From the sequence record MW760841.1: 64,000 nt of DNA; one strand, given 5' to 3'. The notes under the pieces are model-generated. The model searched no databases. It worked only from the letters and a program-made list of their open reading frames with translations, and was not told the DNA's origin. Below are positions 9,875 to 18,992 of the stretch, one piece after another (position 1 is the stretch's first letter; the number at the start of each line of letters is the position of its first letter). Both the position numbers and the translations under genes were made by a program.

Positions 9875-11272
9875 ATGGGGTTATACAGCCAACCGCCGTT
9901 AGAGTTACTCTGTCGGCTCATTATGCGTGATAATCCCCAACTCGCAATACCCCTCGACCCTACCAAGGTCATGGTGTTAAGCGGACCTTTGACAACCGGA
10001 CTCGGGACTAGCGGGCGTAACACCCGCGTTATCCTGAACGGGAAGACGGGGTCGGGGATTGTAGGCAAGAAAGAATTCTTCTACGACCGTATCAAACTCA
10101 GCTCATTGTTCAACGGTATCACCGTGGTCTTTGATGCTGCGGGTGGGGCGGCGAAGGTGTCTGACCTCTTGCCTGCATTAAACGAACAATACGGGATTCA
10201 ATTGTCCCCCGCTGACTTGAGCAACGGTGACACTGTCCTGGGCTACGCGTACACGCCTACGCCTGTGACGTTCAACATTGCGACAACCAGCCTTGCCTAC
10301 TCAGGTACTTTGACAGCCACATGGCGACGTTTGCCCGTGGGTACGTTCCCCGAATCCGGTCCCGGTTCGAAGGTGATGTTAATCGGTGATTTGAACGAAG
10401 GTTACTTCGGTCGAGTAACAGCAGCCGAGATGATGACGCAAGGTGAGTTCTTTAGCAACTACTTTGCTGACCATCCGCGTAACACAGCTGCCCCGATTAT
10501 CGACCCGGCGTTGTATTGGCTCAAGTTTGCCTTAGACGGCAAGTTTGTGTTTGTGCCAAGCCACAGCCTGATTGCTAACATCACCTGGGATCAGATTAAC
10601 GCGAATGGCAATGCGGACGGCAGTGCGCCGTTCCCACTGCTGTTGAAGAAAGGGACTGATAACCACTTCTTCAATATTCGCTTGCCGCGTTTCTCGACCA
10701 CCTATGAGATTGCCCCAGGGCGCAGTGACCCGACGGGTGACAACAACCGGCTGTTTGCGAAGGTACACAAGCAGGCGTACGGCACCGGCGTCTGGGACGC
10801 GGTGACACTGTTGGATTTCACGTCTGACTTTGTCTGGTGGAACCGACGTAGTGATATGCCTACGGTCGAACAGCGATTTATATCGCAGTTTACCACCAGT
10901 GGCGTGTCGTCACAGTTATCGAACGTGAACGCTAACTGGCGTCCCGTCTTTACGTTGGTGGATGGTAAACTTATCCTGATGCCAGTGAACAGCGTTACAG
11001 GTGTGCCCACAGGACGCATCAAAGCCCCTGTGCTGACGATTGACCGTGAACCTGACCCGTTACAACCGAAACGAGTAACGGACGTCACAGGGACGCTTCT
11101 ACGCGCTTTCCCGAAACCGCGCTTGCAGCCAATCGAACTGTATGTGGTTTTACCTGTCAGTAAAATCGTGCCGATTAATACCATCAAACGTTTCCCTGTT
11201 AACATTACGGTCACCTTCGATGCTCGCTTCCCGTTAGCTGCGGCTAATGGCGAGTTAGATGGTTTTCGTTAG
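9875..11272 (+). CDS. Cassette 3 gene A
   Basis: MGLYS, SGRNT, GPGSKVMLIGDLNEGYFG, WRPVF, C-terminal NGELDGFR. Confidence 0.75.
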   Translation: MGLYSQPPLELLCRLIMRDNPQLAIPLDPTKVMVLSGPLTTGLGTSGRNTRVILNGKTGSGIVGKKEFFYDRIKLSSLFNGITVVFDAAGGAAKVSDLLPALNEQYGIQLSPADLSNGDTVLGYAYTPTPVTFNIATTSLAYSGTLTATWRRLPVGTFPESGPGSKVMLIGDLNEGYFGRVTAAEMMTQGEFFSNYFADHPRNTAAPIIDPALYWLKFALDGKFVFVPSHSLIANITWDQINANGNADGSAPFPLLLKKGTDNHFFNIRLPRFSTTYEIAPGRSDPTGDNNRLFAKVHKQAYGTGVWDAVTLLDFTSDFVWWNRRSDMPTVEQRFISQFTTSGVSSQLSNVNANWRPVFTLVDGKLILMPVNSVTGVPTGRIKAPVLTIDREPDPLQPKRVTDVTGTLLRAFPKPRLQPIELYVVLPVSKIVPINTIKRFPVNITVTFDARFPLAAANGELDGFR

Positions 11273-11282
11273 GAGCTAGTCT

Positions 11283-12320
11283 ATGTCTTTAAAACTTACT
11301 TGGGCTAACCCCAACGTGGTGGCCAACAGTGTGGCCATTTATCGGGGTGATGCTGAATTAAACACCGCAGCATTACCGACGCCGTTAGTTGTGTTAACCG
11401 GTGGGGAAACTACCTGGACGGACCTTACTGCCGATTTCGGGAAAACCTATTACTACGTTCTCGGCACACGGACGCAGTACGACGAAGTGTTTACTGCTAA
11501 CCAGAAAATTCTGGTTGTGGATAACCGGGGTGCGGGGCCGAGTGTATTGAAATACGGTGACGATAACCTGGGTTACTACGGTTCAGTGCTGGGGGCAGAC
11601 TTCGTGGGTTACGGTGACTTCCAAGCCGTTGCAGCAGTAGCAATGTCTAACTTAGCGTGGTCCCCATCCTGGCACAAGTTCGTGCGTAACGGGAAGATCA
11701 TTTACGTACCAGACAGTGTGCCGCCGGACTTTTGGACGTGGCAGCAAATCTATCAGTTCGGGTTTATGTACGGCATCGATGCGAACTACCCGCCGGGCTT
11801 AACCTTCACCGGTCTAACGGCGACCAACCAAAATCGTATCATTGATTTCAAAGGACAGAAATACCGCGTCCGTACCATTCGCGGCTGGAGTGATGATCCG
11901 CTTAGTCAATTCGTCTCGACGGTTGTCACTAACAATGAAAGTGATGCAGCCGCCGTGCTAATAAAGAACAACGAGTTCAGTGACTTCATTTATGCCTTAA
12001 TGGCGTACGTGCCACTGAAACAGCGTACTGAGAACTACGCCGAAAATCCCGATCCGGGCACATACGTGGGGGTAGCGTATAACGCTGGGTTTAACTCCGA
12101 TAACCAGACGCTGGAGATGAACCGTGGACGCGTGTTATGTCAAGAGCGTGACCCTGGCGCGGTCACTGCAAGTATGCTGACTCGCGGTTTACGAGCGACG
12201 GGTTATTCCTCGGTTCCCGGTTGGAACAAAGCAAACCTGACGTATATTCAAAACCGACCCGTGAATACGCAGGCGCGTTGGCTCCCGGTGTTAGAACTCA
12301 TTGATAGCGTTGTTCTTTAA
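11283..12320 (+). CDS. Cassette 3 gene B
   Basis: MSLKLTWANPN; GAGPSVLKYGDDNLGYYG; WHKFVRNGKIIYVP; WLPVLEL. Confidence 0.72.
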   Translation: MSLKLTWANPNVVANSVAIYRGDAELNTAALPTPLVVLTGGETTWTDLTADFGKTYYYVLGTRTQYDEVFTANQKILVVDNRGAGPSVLKYGDDNLGYYGSVLGADFVGYGDFQAVAAVAMSNLAWSPSWHKFVRNGKIIYVPDSVPPDFWTWQQIYQFGFMYGIDANYPPGLTFTGLTATNQNRIIDFKGQKYRVRTIRGWSDDPLSQFVSTVVTNNESDAAAVLIKNNEFSDFIYALMAYVPLKQRTENYAENPDPGTYVGVAYNAGFNSDNQTLEMNRGRVLCQERDPGAVTASMLTRGLRATGYSSVPGWNKANLTYIQNRPVNTQARWLPVLELIDSVVL

Positions 12321-12329
12321 GGAATCATT

Positions 12330-13214
12330 ATGGGCGTTAAATTAAAATGGGATTTGCAAGTTACCCAGAATCTGGATGCCATTGAAATCTATCGGAGCAA
12401 CAACCCCATCGATTTCGCTAATCCTGGCACCCCATTGGTGACACTGGCCGGGACGGCAACCGAGTTCGAAGACTTCACCGTCAAGAACAAGAACCTCTAT
12501 TATTACCGCATCGCGGCTAAGAAAGGAGCAGAACGCGGTTGGGGTGAAAACCAATTAACCGGTTACTTCTCAGAAACTGGGCCAGGACGTGCCTATCCGC
12601 TACGTGGGGATTGGAACGCGGGGTTAATGGATATCCTCCCGCAGGCGAACCTTATCACCATGCCGGACTTCTTTGCGAAGCTGCCACAGTTAAGTAAATT
12701 CGGCGGCGTATCCGCAGGTATTACTAGCTGGTACAAAACCTGTTACAAAGGTAAGGTCATCTTTGTGCCGAGTGGTCCAGTGCTGACGGCGTCCTGGAGC
12801 GAGCTGTACGGGGCGAAGGCTATCTTCGGTGAAGACAGTTCGGTGCAGTTACCGAACGGTACCTTAGCCAGCGGTAAGCTGACCGTTGACATCAACGGTC
12901 TGACGTACATCGTGCGTTGTCCGAAACTGTCACCACTTCCCTACTCTACGTACCTAACGACACAAGACCAAACCCTCAACAGTGAGTGGCGTGATACTGT
13001 GTCGCGTTTGTGTCTGCTGTCCACCGAACCACAACCGGGAGCTAAGTCACGTCTGTTTGACTTGGGCGCAGCACCGGCGACGGTATTGGGTGGCCACATT
13101 CAAACTACCGTTAACTGTTCGGCGATATTGCCTGCTGCACCGGGTGCTTTATCTTACGGTGCGATGGCCAGTCGCTATGCCGTCGGGCTTGTGCTCGAAC
13201 TCGTTATGCCTTAA
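12330..13214 (+). CDS. Cassette 3 gene C
   Basis: MGVKLKWDLQ; GPGRAYPLRGDWNAG; YKGKVIFVP. Confidence 0.72.
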   Translation: MGVKLKWDLQVTQNLDAIEIYRSNNPIDFANPGTPLVTLAGTATEFEDFTVKNKNLYYYRIAAKKGAERGWGENQLTGYFSETGPGRAYPLRGDWNAGLMDILPQANLITMPDFFAKLPQLSKFGGVSAGITSWYKTCYKGKVIFVPSGPVLTASWSELYGAKAIFGEDSSVQLPNGTLASGKLTVDINGLTYIVRCPKLSPLPYSTYLTTQDQTLNSEWRDTVSRLCLLSTEPQPGAKSRLFDLGAAPATVLGGHIQTTVNCSAILPAAPGALSYGAMASRYAVGLVLELVMP

Positions 13215-13225
13215 AGGAGAAAAAC

Positions 13226-14752
13226 ATGGGGCTTTACAGCAAGAAGTCACTGGAGCTACTGTGCCAGTTAATCGAGCGGGATAATCCCCAGTTCACCAAT
13301 CCTCTTGATGCGCAAAGCATCATGGTGTTGAGTGGTCCACTCACATCCGGTTTAGGCTCCAGCGGGCGCAATGCCCGCATTATTCTCAACGGTCGTACCG
13401 GGACAGGTATCGTGGGGAAAAAGGAGTTCTTTTATGACCGCATTAACTTAACGCGGTTGTTTAACGGCATCACTGTCGTTTTCGATGCAGCTGGAAGTTC
13501 GAAGACATATGCAGATTTGCTCCCTGCGCTCAATGAGCAATACGGGATGGCTTTAGAGGCAGCAGACCTCAGCAACGGAACCACTAAACTTCCGTTCGGC
13601 TATACCCCAACACAGGTGACACTTAACATCGCTACTACCTCGGTGGGCTACACCGGTAGTTTAAGTGTGACTTGGACACGTAAGCCCGTAGGTGTGTATC
13701 CGGACTCTGGGCCGGGTACGAAGGTATTGTTGATTGGTTCGATTGAAGAGGAAGGGTACTTCGGTACTGTCTCCGAAGCTGAACTGTTCGGTGCCCCGGC
13801 AATCGTATCGAAAATCAACGAAGGAATGGCGAGCCCCGCAGGGACATTGACGGCTATCCCCGCTACCCGACTGTGGTATAAGTTTGCGCGAGATGGGAAG
13901 ATTCTGTACCTCGCCAACTATAACCAAATCACCATCAAGTGGCAAGAGCTGTATGTCCGTGGTGCAGCCTATGAAACTGACCAACACGAAGACAAGCAGT
14001 TCCCGACGGACGGTGTGTTCGTTGCCCAACGTCCGGTTATCCGGAAGATGGAGAATGGACGTGCCTGGTATCTGTCGCCGTGTATGCCACGCTTGGCAGA
14101 ATCAGACCCGTGGGATTATCAGGCGGTTAACCAGACTCCTGACCCAACCGGTGATGTTGCCCGGTTGTTTGCCAAGATTGTAGCAAGCGGTGGGTTTGCC
14201 ACCGGGGAGTGGGACGGGCAGAGTATCGACGCCACTGGCTTCTGGTTCTCCACGACGTCGATGAAAGAACCTGCGAAAGCCTTCGGGAGTAGCATGACCG
14301 GCATCCAGCAAAACATGTACGACAAAGCGACCTACAATGGTGGCTGGCGTCCGATGCTGGAACTGGCTGATTTGGATAAAATCGCTATTCCGTTGGAAGA
14401 GTTCATTGGGGAACCCGATGGGGTGTTGCGTAAACCACGGTTTACCATCAGTCCAGATACCGGCGAAGTGTTGCTGATTGTCAGTGATGTCGCCTGGGAA
14501 ATCTCGGGTGCGTTGGATAAGCCACTGATTGACATGGTTCTCGAACCTCCGTTGAATACGAAGGAAATCAGTTGGGAACGTGACCTGCCAACCCCACTGA
14601 TGCAAGTCGTCTCTGAACCCCTGTTATCAGTGAACACCTACGGTTGGAAAAAACTATTGCGAGCACCCGTGACCCGGATTACGTCCGAGTACAAGGAAGT
14701 GGTGGCCTACGACCTGAGAACGGCCGATGGCGAACTCGATGGCTTTAAATAA
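13226..14752 (+). CDS. Cassette 4 gene A
   Basis: MGLYS, SGRNA, GPGTKVLLIG..EEGYFG, WRPMLEL, C-terminal DGELDGFK. Confidence 0.75.
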   Translation: MGLYSKKSLELLCQLIERDNPQFTNPLDAQSIMVLSGPLTSGLGSSGRNARIILNGRTGTGIVGKKEFFYDRINLTRLFNGITVVFDAAGSSKTYADLLPALNEQYGMALEAADLSNGTTKLPFGYTPTQVTLNIATTSVGYTGSLSVTWTRKPVGVYPDSGPGTKVLLIGSIEEEGYFGTVSEAELFGAPAIVSKINEGMASPAGTLTAIPATRLWYKFARDGKILYLANYNQITIKWQELYVRGAAYETDQHEDKQFPTDGVFVAQRPVIRKMENGRAWYLSPCMPRLAESDPWDYQAVNQTPDPTGDVARLFAKIVASGGFATGEWDGQSIDATGFWFSTTSMKEPAKAFGSSMTGIQQNMYDKATYNGGWRPMLELADLDKIAIPLEEFIGEPDGVLRKPRFTISPDTGEVLLIVSDVAWEISGALDKPLIDMVLEPPLNTKEISWERDLPTPLMQVVSEPLLSVNTYGWKKLLRAPVTRITSEYKEVVAYDLRTADGELDGFK

Positions 14753-14764
14753 GAGGACTTAAAC

Positions 14765-15748
14765 ATGGCCTTAAAACTTAAATGGAAAAACCCCAATAAA
14801 GGCGCAACCACGGTTGACATTTATCGGGGCGATACCGCGAATGTGGATTTAACCACACCGCTCGTTTCTCTATTGGCCGGAGAGCTTGAGTGGATTGATA
14901 CCACGGCTCTCTTTGGCAAGACTTATTACTACGTGTGGGCTGTTAACACCGCCAATGACCGCGTAGTCAGTCGTCCTCAGAAAATCGAAGTGAACGACCG
15001 TCAGGGCCCAGGCCCGAATCTGCTGATGCACGGTTCAGAATCTTACGGATACTTTGGTACCGTACCGTCGGCGGATTTCGTCAACAGTTCTGCTATCTTC
15101 GCGGCCCTGAAATCGATGTCGGGTATCCCAAACAACATCATCTACCCAACGTGGCATAAGTTTATCCGCAACGGTAAAGTGTTATTCGTACCGGATAACC
15201 GCATTGGGGATGTGACCTGGAACAACCTGTACGCGGCGGGTGCGGTCTATGGCACCAACGACAACGGCCCGTCCAACAGTCCGGGGAACGTCAACCAGTT
15301 GTGTACGTTTGAACTCAACGGTGACTTGTTCCTGGTGCGTGCACCGAAAGCTGTCCCCGATGGCATGGTGTGGGACAACACTGCGGTCGACCTTGACACC
15401 TTACCGGCGGCGAAGGATATCTATTCTGAATACGAAGACATCTTCTTCCCGCTGATCGCCTTCACCCCTTTACGTCAGCGTATGGTGAACGTCGCAGAGA
15501 TGAACCCACAGTCGATTCTACCTACGGGTAGTGGTAACGATCGTACCAGCATCGGTGTGTGTTGTCAGGAAGTGGCAAGCGCAACTGCCGCAGCACAGCG
15601 TGGGATCGGGTCTTACAACTGGGCCAGCAGCAGTAGCCGCGACCAGGTGCGTAACTTCTCACTTCGTGGGCGTACTTCGGCGAACGTTTGGTGGCCAATT
15701 GTGGAGTATATCGGCCGTGTGGGTGAAGTTGACCTGGCACACATTTGA
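14765..15748 (+). CDS. Cassette 4 gene B
   Basis: MALKLKWKNPN; GPGPNLLMHG..SYGYFG; WHKFIRNGKVLFVP; WWPIVEY. Confidence 0.72.
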   Translation: MALKLKWKNPNKGATTVDIYRGDTANVDLTTPLVSLLAGELEWIDTTALFGKTYYYVWAVNTANDRVVSRPQKIEVNDRQGPGPNLLMHGSESYGYFGTVPSADFVNSSAIFAALKSMSGIPNNIIYPTWHKFIRNGKVLFVPDNRIGDVTWNNLYAAGAVYGTNDNGPSNSPGNVNQLCTFELNGDLFLVRAPKAVPDGMVWDNTAVDLDTLPAAKDIYSEYEDIFFPLIAFTPLRQRMVNVAEMNPQSILPTGSGNDRTSIGVCCQEVASATAAAQRGIGSYNWASSSSRDQVRNFSLRGRTSANVWWPIVEYIGRVGEVDLAHI

Positions 15749-15757
15749 GGATAAGTC

Positions 15758-16660
15758 ATGGGTATTACAATCAAGTGGGACAGCCAGGCTGACCAAAATC
15801 TGGATGCGATTGAAGTGTATCGCTCCACCTCGCGGATTGATGAAAACAATCCCGGTACGCCAATTGCAACACTGGCAGCCACAGCGACAGAATACGTGGA
15901 CAACAATGTTCGTGTAGGCAACACGTATTACTACAGCGTGGCGGTAGTGAAGGGTGCCAACCGTTCGTTCGGCGCTAACCAAACTCAGGGGTATTACTCT
16001 AACCTGGGGCCAGGCCCACAAAAGGTTATTCGTGGGGACTGGGTACGGGGTTACTTCGGTGAAATGACACCGGCTGAGTGGGTGACACCGGTCGATGTGG
16101 CGAACAAGATTAAAGATCAGTTGAAGAGTGTGGTGGGGATGTCTTTCGCTACCTCTACCAGCGGAACCTGGTTCAAGTTCGTTTATAAAGGTAAGATCAT
16201 CCTGGTGAACACCACCGCTTTGGTGAGTGCGACCAACTGGACGAACATGTATAACGCAGGCTTCATCTACGGAACCGATGACTTCGGTAAAACCCCGACA
16301 GGTGATGCAGGGGCGGTTAACCAGCGTTGCGTTATCGAAGTGGGTGGTTATCAGTTCCTGGTGCGTGGTGTACGCATGAGCGATAAACCGTTTACTGAGT
16401 ACATCACTACGCAGGAAGACTTCAACAAAAGCGAATGGAAGAGCACGTATGCCCGTCTGAAATCGGACAGTGCCGCTCTGACTGACCCAACCATTCTCCC
16501 GCGCTTCAACGATAACGGGACATCCTTAGCCTCGGTGAGTGCCCATGCGTTTGATGCCACCAACCAGGTGAGTATTGCCGCAGCGACGCCTGAGGTACTT
16601 GGGAAAGCCGCGAAGACCGGTACCCAGCCAGTGTTGGTTGTGCTCGAACTGTTGCAATAA
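15758..16660 (+). CDS. Cassette 4 gene C
   Basis: MGITIKWDSQ; GPGPQKVIRGDWVRGYFG; WFKFVYKGKIILV. Confidence 0.72.
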   Translation: MGITIKWDSQADQNLDAIEVYRSTSRIDENNPGTPIATLAATATEYVDNNVRVGNTYYYSVAVVKGANRSFGANQTQGYYSNLGPGPQKVIRGDWVRGYFGEMTPAEWVTPVDVANKIKDQLKSVVGMSFATSTSGTWFKFVYKGKIILVNTTALVSATNWTNMYNAGFIYGTDDFGKTPTGDAGAVNQRCVIEVGGYQFLVRGVRMSDKPFTEYITTQEDFNKSEWKSTYARLKSDSAALTDPTILPRFNDNGTSLASVSAHAFDATNQVSIAAATPEVLGKAAKTGTQPVLVVLELLQ

Positions 16661-16673
16661 AAAAAAGAAGAGA

Positions 16674-16699
16674 CTCTACACTCCCGAAGGAGTGTAGAG
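16674..16699. terminator. Bidirectional terminator CTCTACACTCC-CGAA-GGAGTGTAGAG
   Basis: 11-bp perfect stem between convergent genes; A-run on the left, T's on the right. Confidence 0.8.
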
Positions 16700-16706
16700 G
16701 TCTTTA

Positions 16707-17177
16707 TCATTTAGCCAGTGGCTCGCCGGGGTCCGGCGCAAGGACACACTGCAAGAAGGTCATGCCCGTGCCGTTGCCTGTGGTTGCATCCACCGTGGAG
16801 GTGGAGAACACCGGCGGTTTATCACGACCTTTAATGCGGTAATAGCGTGCGCCATCCGTCAAGTCAATGGCCCCGTCAATCTTACCGAGCAGGTCTTTAT
16901 AGAGCTGTGGGGATTCGACTTTCCCACCGGGATAGGTTGCTACCCAGCCTGCACCATTATCAATGACCGTCGCCGAGTAGGGCTGTAGTTGCAATGACCC
17001 CAGCTGCGGTTGGAAGTGGGTGAAGGTTTCCTTCGTCGCGCTACACTGGTAAATAGTGAAAGAGGTGGCTTCGACGGGAACGGTGCCGAATTGGCCAGAT
17101 TGGTTTGGTGCGATTGCACATCCTGCCAGCAGCGTCGCCATGACGACCGTGACCAGCAGCATTAGACGTTTCAACAT
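16707..17177 (-). CDS. Lipoprotein (156 aa), function unknown
   Basis: MLKR + hydrophobic stretch + lipobox LAGC; AAGGA RBS. Confidence 0.7.
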   Translation of the reverse strand: MLKRLMLLVTVVMATLLAGCAIAPNQSGQFGTVPVEATSFTIYQCSATKETFTHFQPQLGSLQLQPYSATVIDNGAGWVATYPGGKVESPQLYKDLLGKIDGAIDLTDGARYYRIKGRDKPPVFSTSTVDATTGNGTGMTFLQCVLAPDPGEPLAK

Positions 17178-17294
17178 AACGTTTCCTTTTTTCTAAAATA
17201 TTGACGAGCAGTCGTCATAATACAGACCACGTCTGTAATTCGTGGGGCCTGTCCCCGTTGTTATGAACCATGCAATACACAAGAGGAAAGCACA

Positions 17295-17822
17295 ATGGCT
17301 ATTGTTTCCGCACAAGCGCAACTTGTTGCCCTGTTCAATACTAAAAACTCCGGCCTGGCGCAAGCTCTGGCGGTGGCTGATGTCGATTTCGGCGCAGTTG
17401 CCGAACTGACCGGCGGCAGCGAAGGTCGTAACAGTAAAGTCACCATCACGGCGAAAGCGGGTTCTACCCATTTCTCCGGTGAGAAAGAGCTGCACTATAT
17501 CCGTCTCGCAGCGGGCATTGTTGGTGCGAAAGCAGTGACTGCGGATCTGGCAGACTGGGATACTGATGATGAAGTCATCGCATTCCTGAATGCCGACGTT
17601 ATCACGGCTGGTAAAACCGAAGATGCGTTCGTGGCTTCCGAGCTGACTATCAGCCGTAGCGGCGCAGGTACCGATGAAGACCCACAAGTGATTGTTGTTG
17701 CTATCAAAGATGGCCACATTAAATACCTGGCGGGTACTGTCGCGACCTACACCGTGACGCAGGAAATCGTGAAGACTGACCTTGCCAGCACCAACGGTGA
17801 GCTGGATGGCTTCACCGCCTAA
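17295..17822 (+). CDS. Short virion protein (EGRNS domain + NGELDGF tail)
   Basis: GAGG RBS. GRNS..LHYIRL domain; ends NGELDGFTA. Confidence 0.72.
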   Translation: MAIVSAQAQLVALFNTKNSGLAQALAVADVDFGAVAELTGGSEGRNSKVTITAKAGSTHFSGEKELHYIRLAAGIVGAKAVTADLADWDTDDEVIAFLNADVITAGKTEDAFVASELTISRSGAGTDEDPQVIVVAIKDGHIKYLAGTVATYTVTQEIVKTDLASTNGELDGFTA

Positions 17823-17836
17823 GTAATGCTGTAATC

Positions 17837-17858
17837 TAAGGGAGCTGTGGCTCCCTTA
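17837..17858 (+). terminator. Terminator TAAGGGAGC-TGTG-GCTCCCTTA
   Basis: 9-bp stem plus T-rich tail. Confidence 0.7.
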
Positions 17859-17891
17859 TTTATTTTTTCTTAAAACATGGAAGATACAATT

Positions 17892-18395
17892 ATGGCTAAA
17901 AATGCCCTTGAGCAATTTCTTGCTTTGTACAACACCAATAACCCGTCGTTGCCACAACCCCTGACCCTGGCAGACGCAGAAATCTTAGACCCCAACGCTT
18001 ATGAAGGCGGTGGTAAGAATACGATGGTCGAGATTCATGCCCTGCCGGAGAGTACCGTATTCACCGGGATGATTGAAGTCCATTACACCCGACTGGATAC
18101 CGGGCTTTCCAATGAAACCGTTGAAGGTTCACCGGACGACTGGCGGGACGATGCATTTGTCACCGCGGCGTTAAACACCCGTTTGCAGGCCAACTTCCCT
18201 GACGATATGTTCATGCAGGGCGAGTTGAATATCGGGCGCAACGATGAACTGAACGGCAGTCTGTCTGTGATTGTTAACTGGCCACGGAGCTTTAAGTTCC
18301 TGCCACCACAAGGCCCTAACGGAGTCGTCAAGTTTACCATCAGCAGTAAAACACAGTTAGCAGGAACCGATGGTGAGTTGAACGGCTTCAGCTAA
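17892..18395 (+). CDS. Short virion protein (GKNT domain + DGELNGF tail); start 17892 or 17877
   Basis: MAKNALEQF parallels the next gene's MAKTLQEQF; GGKNT..HYTRL; ends DGELNGFS. Confidence 0.7.
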   Translation: MAKNALEQFLALYNTNNPSLPQPLTLADAEILDPNAYEGGGKNTMVEIHALPESTVFTGMIEVHYTRLDTGLSNETVEGSPDDWRDDAFVTAALNTRLQANFPDDMFMQGELNIGRNDELNGSLSVIVNWPRSFKFLPPQGPNGVVKFTISSKTQLAGTDGELNGFS

Positions 18396-18411
18396 CCTCT
18401 GGAGATGTTAA

Positions 18412-18927
18412 ATGGCGAAGACCTTGCAAGAACAGTTCATCGATTTGGTAAATGCTAAGAATGCAGGATTAGGGTTAACTATCGATGATGTTGACTTTAG
18501 TGACCCGAGTCCGTACGACGGCAGTGGTGAAGGCGGTAACGGGAAGAACTCTGTTTTAACCCTGACCGCCAAAGCCACGAGTCCTAACTTCAAAGGCAGT
18601 CAAAACTACTACTTCAGTCGCTTTAACCTGACGCATCCAAATGGTGAAGATGTCCACAGTTGGGCGGTCACTGACTTGCATGAGTCGTGGCAGGATGATG
18701 CCTATGCATTGCGCTGCTTCAACATGAACCTGACCAACAACTTCCCAACGTTATCCGATGTGGTGATTACGCGTTGGGTTGACCCAGAAGACCCTACCCA
18801 CCTGTTCGTGAAGATTAAGCTTGACTCACGACTGTTGAAATGGTGGGGTGCATTTACCGTAATGGTGGTGGATATCGGTAAACAGCAATTGATGTTCGCT
18901 GATGGGCAGTTGGATGGGTTTAATTAA
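18412..18927 (+). CDS. Short virion protein (GKNS domain + DGQLDGF tail)
   Basis: GGAG RBS; NGKNS..YFSRFNL; ends DGQLDGFN. Confidence 0.7.
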   Translation: MAKTLQEQFIDLVNAKNAGLGLTIDDVDFSDPSPYDGSGEGGNGKNSVLTLTAKATSPNFKGSQNYYFSRFNLTHPNGEDVHSWAVTDLHESWQDDAYALRCFNMNLTNNFPTLSDVVITRWVDPEDPTHLFVKIKLDSRLLKWWGAFTVMVVDIGKQQLMFADGQLDGFN

Positions 18928-18936
18928 ATAAAAGTG

Positions 18937-18962
18937 TACCTACACCCTTCGGGGTGTAGGTA
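18937..18962. terminator. Bidirectional terminator TACCTACACCC-TTCG-GGGTGTAGGTA
   Basis: 11-bp perfect stem with UUCG loop between convergent genes. Confidence 0.82.
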
Positions 18963-18992
18963 TCTTTATTTTAAACGGCCTGTAAGCCATTC

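Noticed and set aside
3159-16660. Diversity-generating retroelement behind the cassette variability
   Set aside because: No reverse transcriptase and no near-identical TR/VR pair differing only at adenines was seen in this window.
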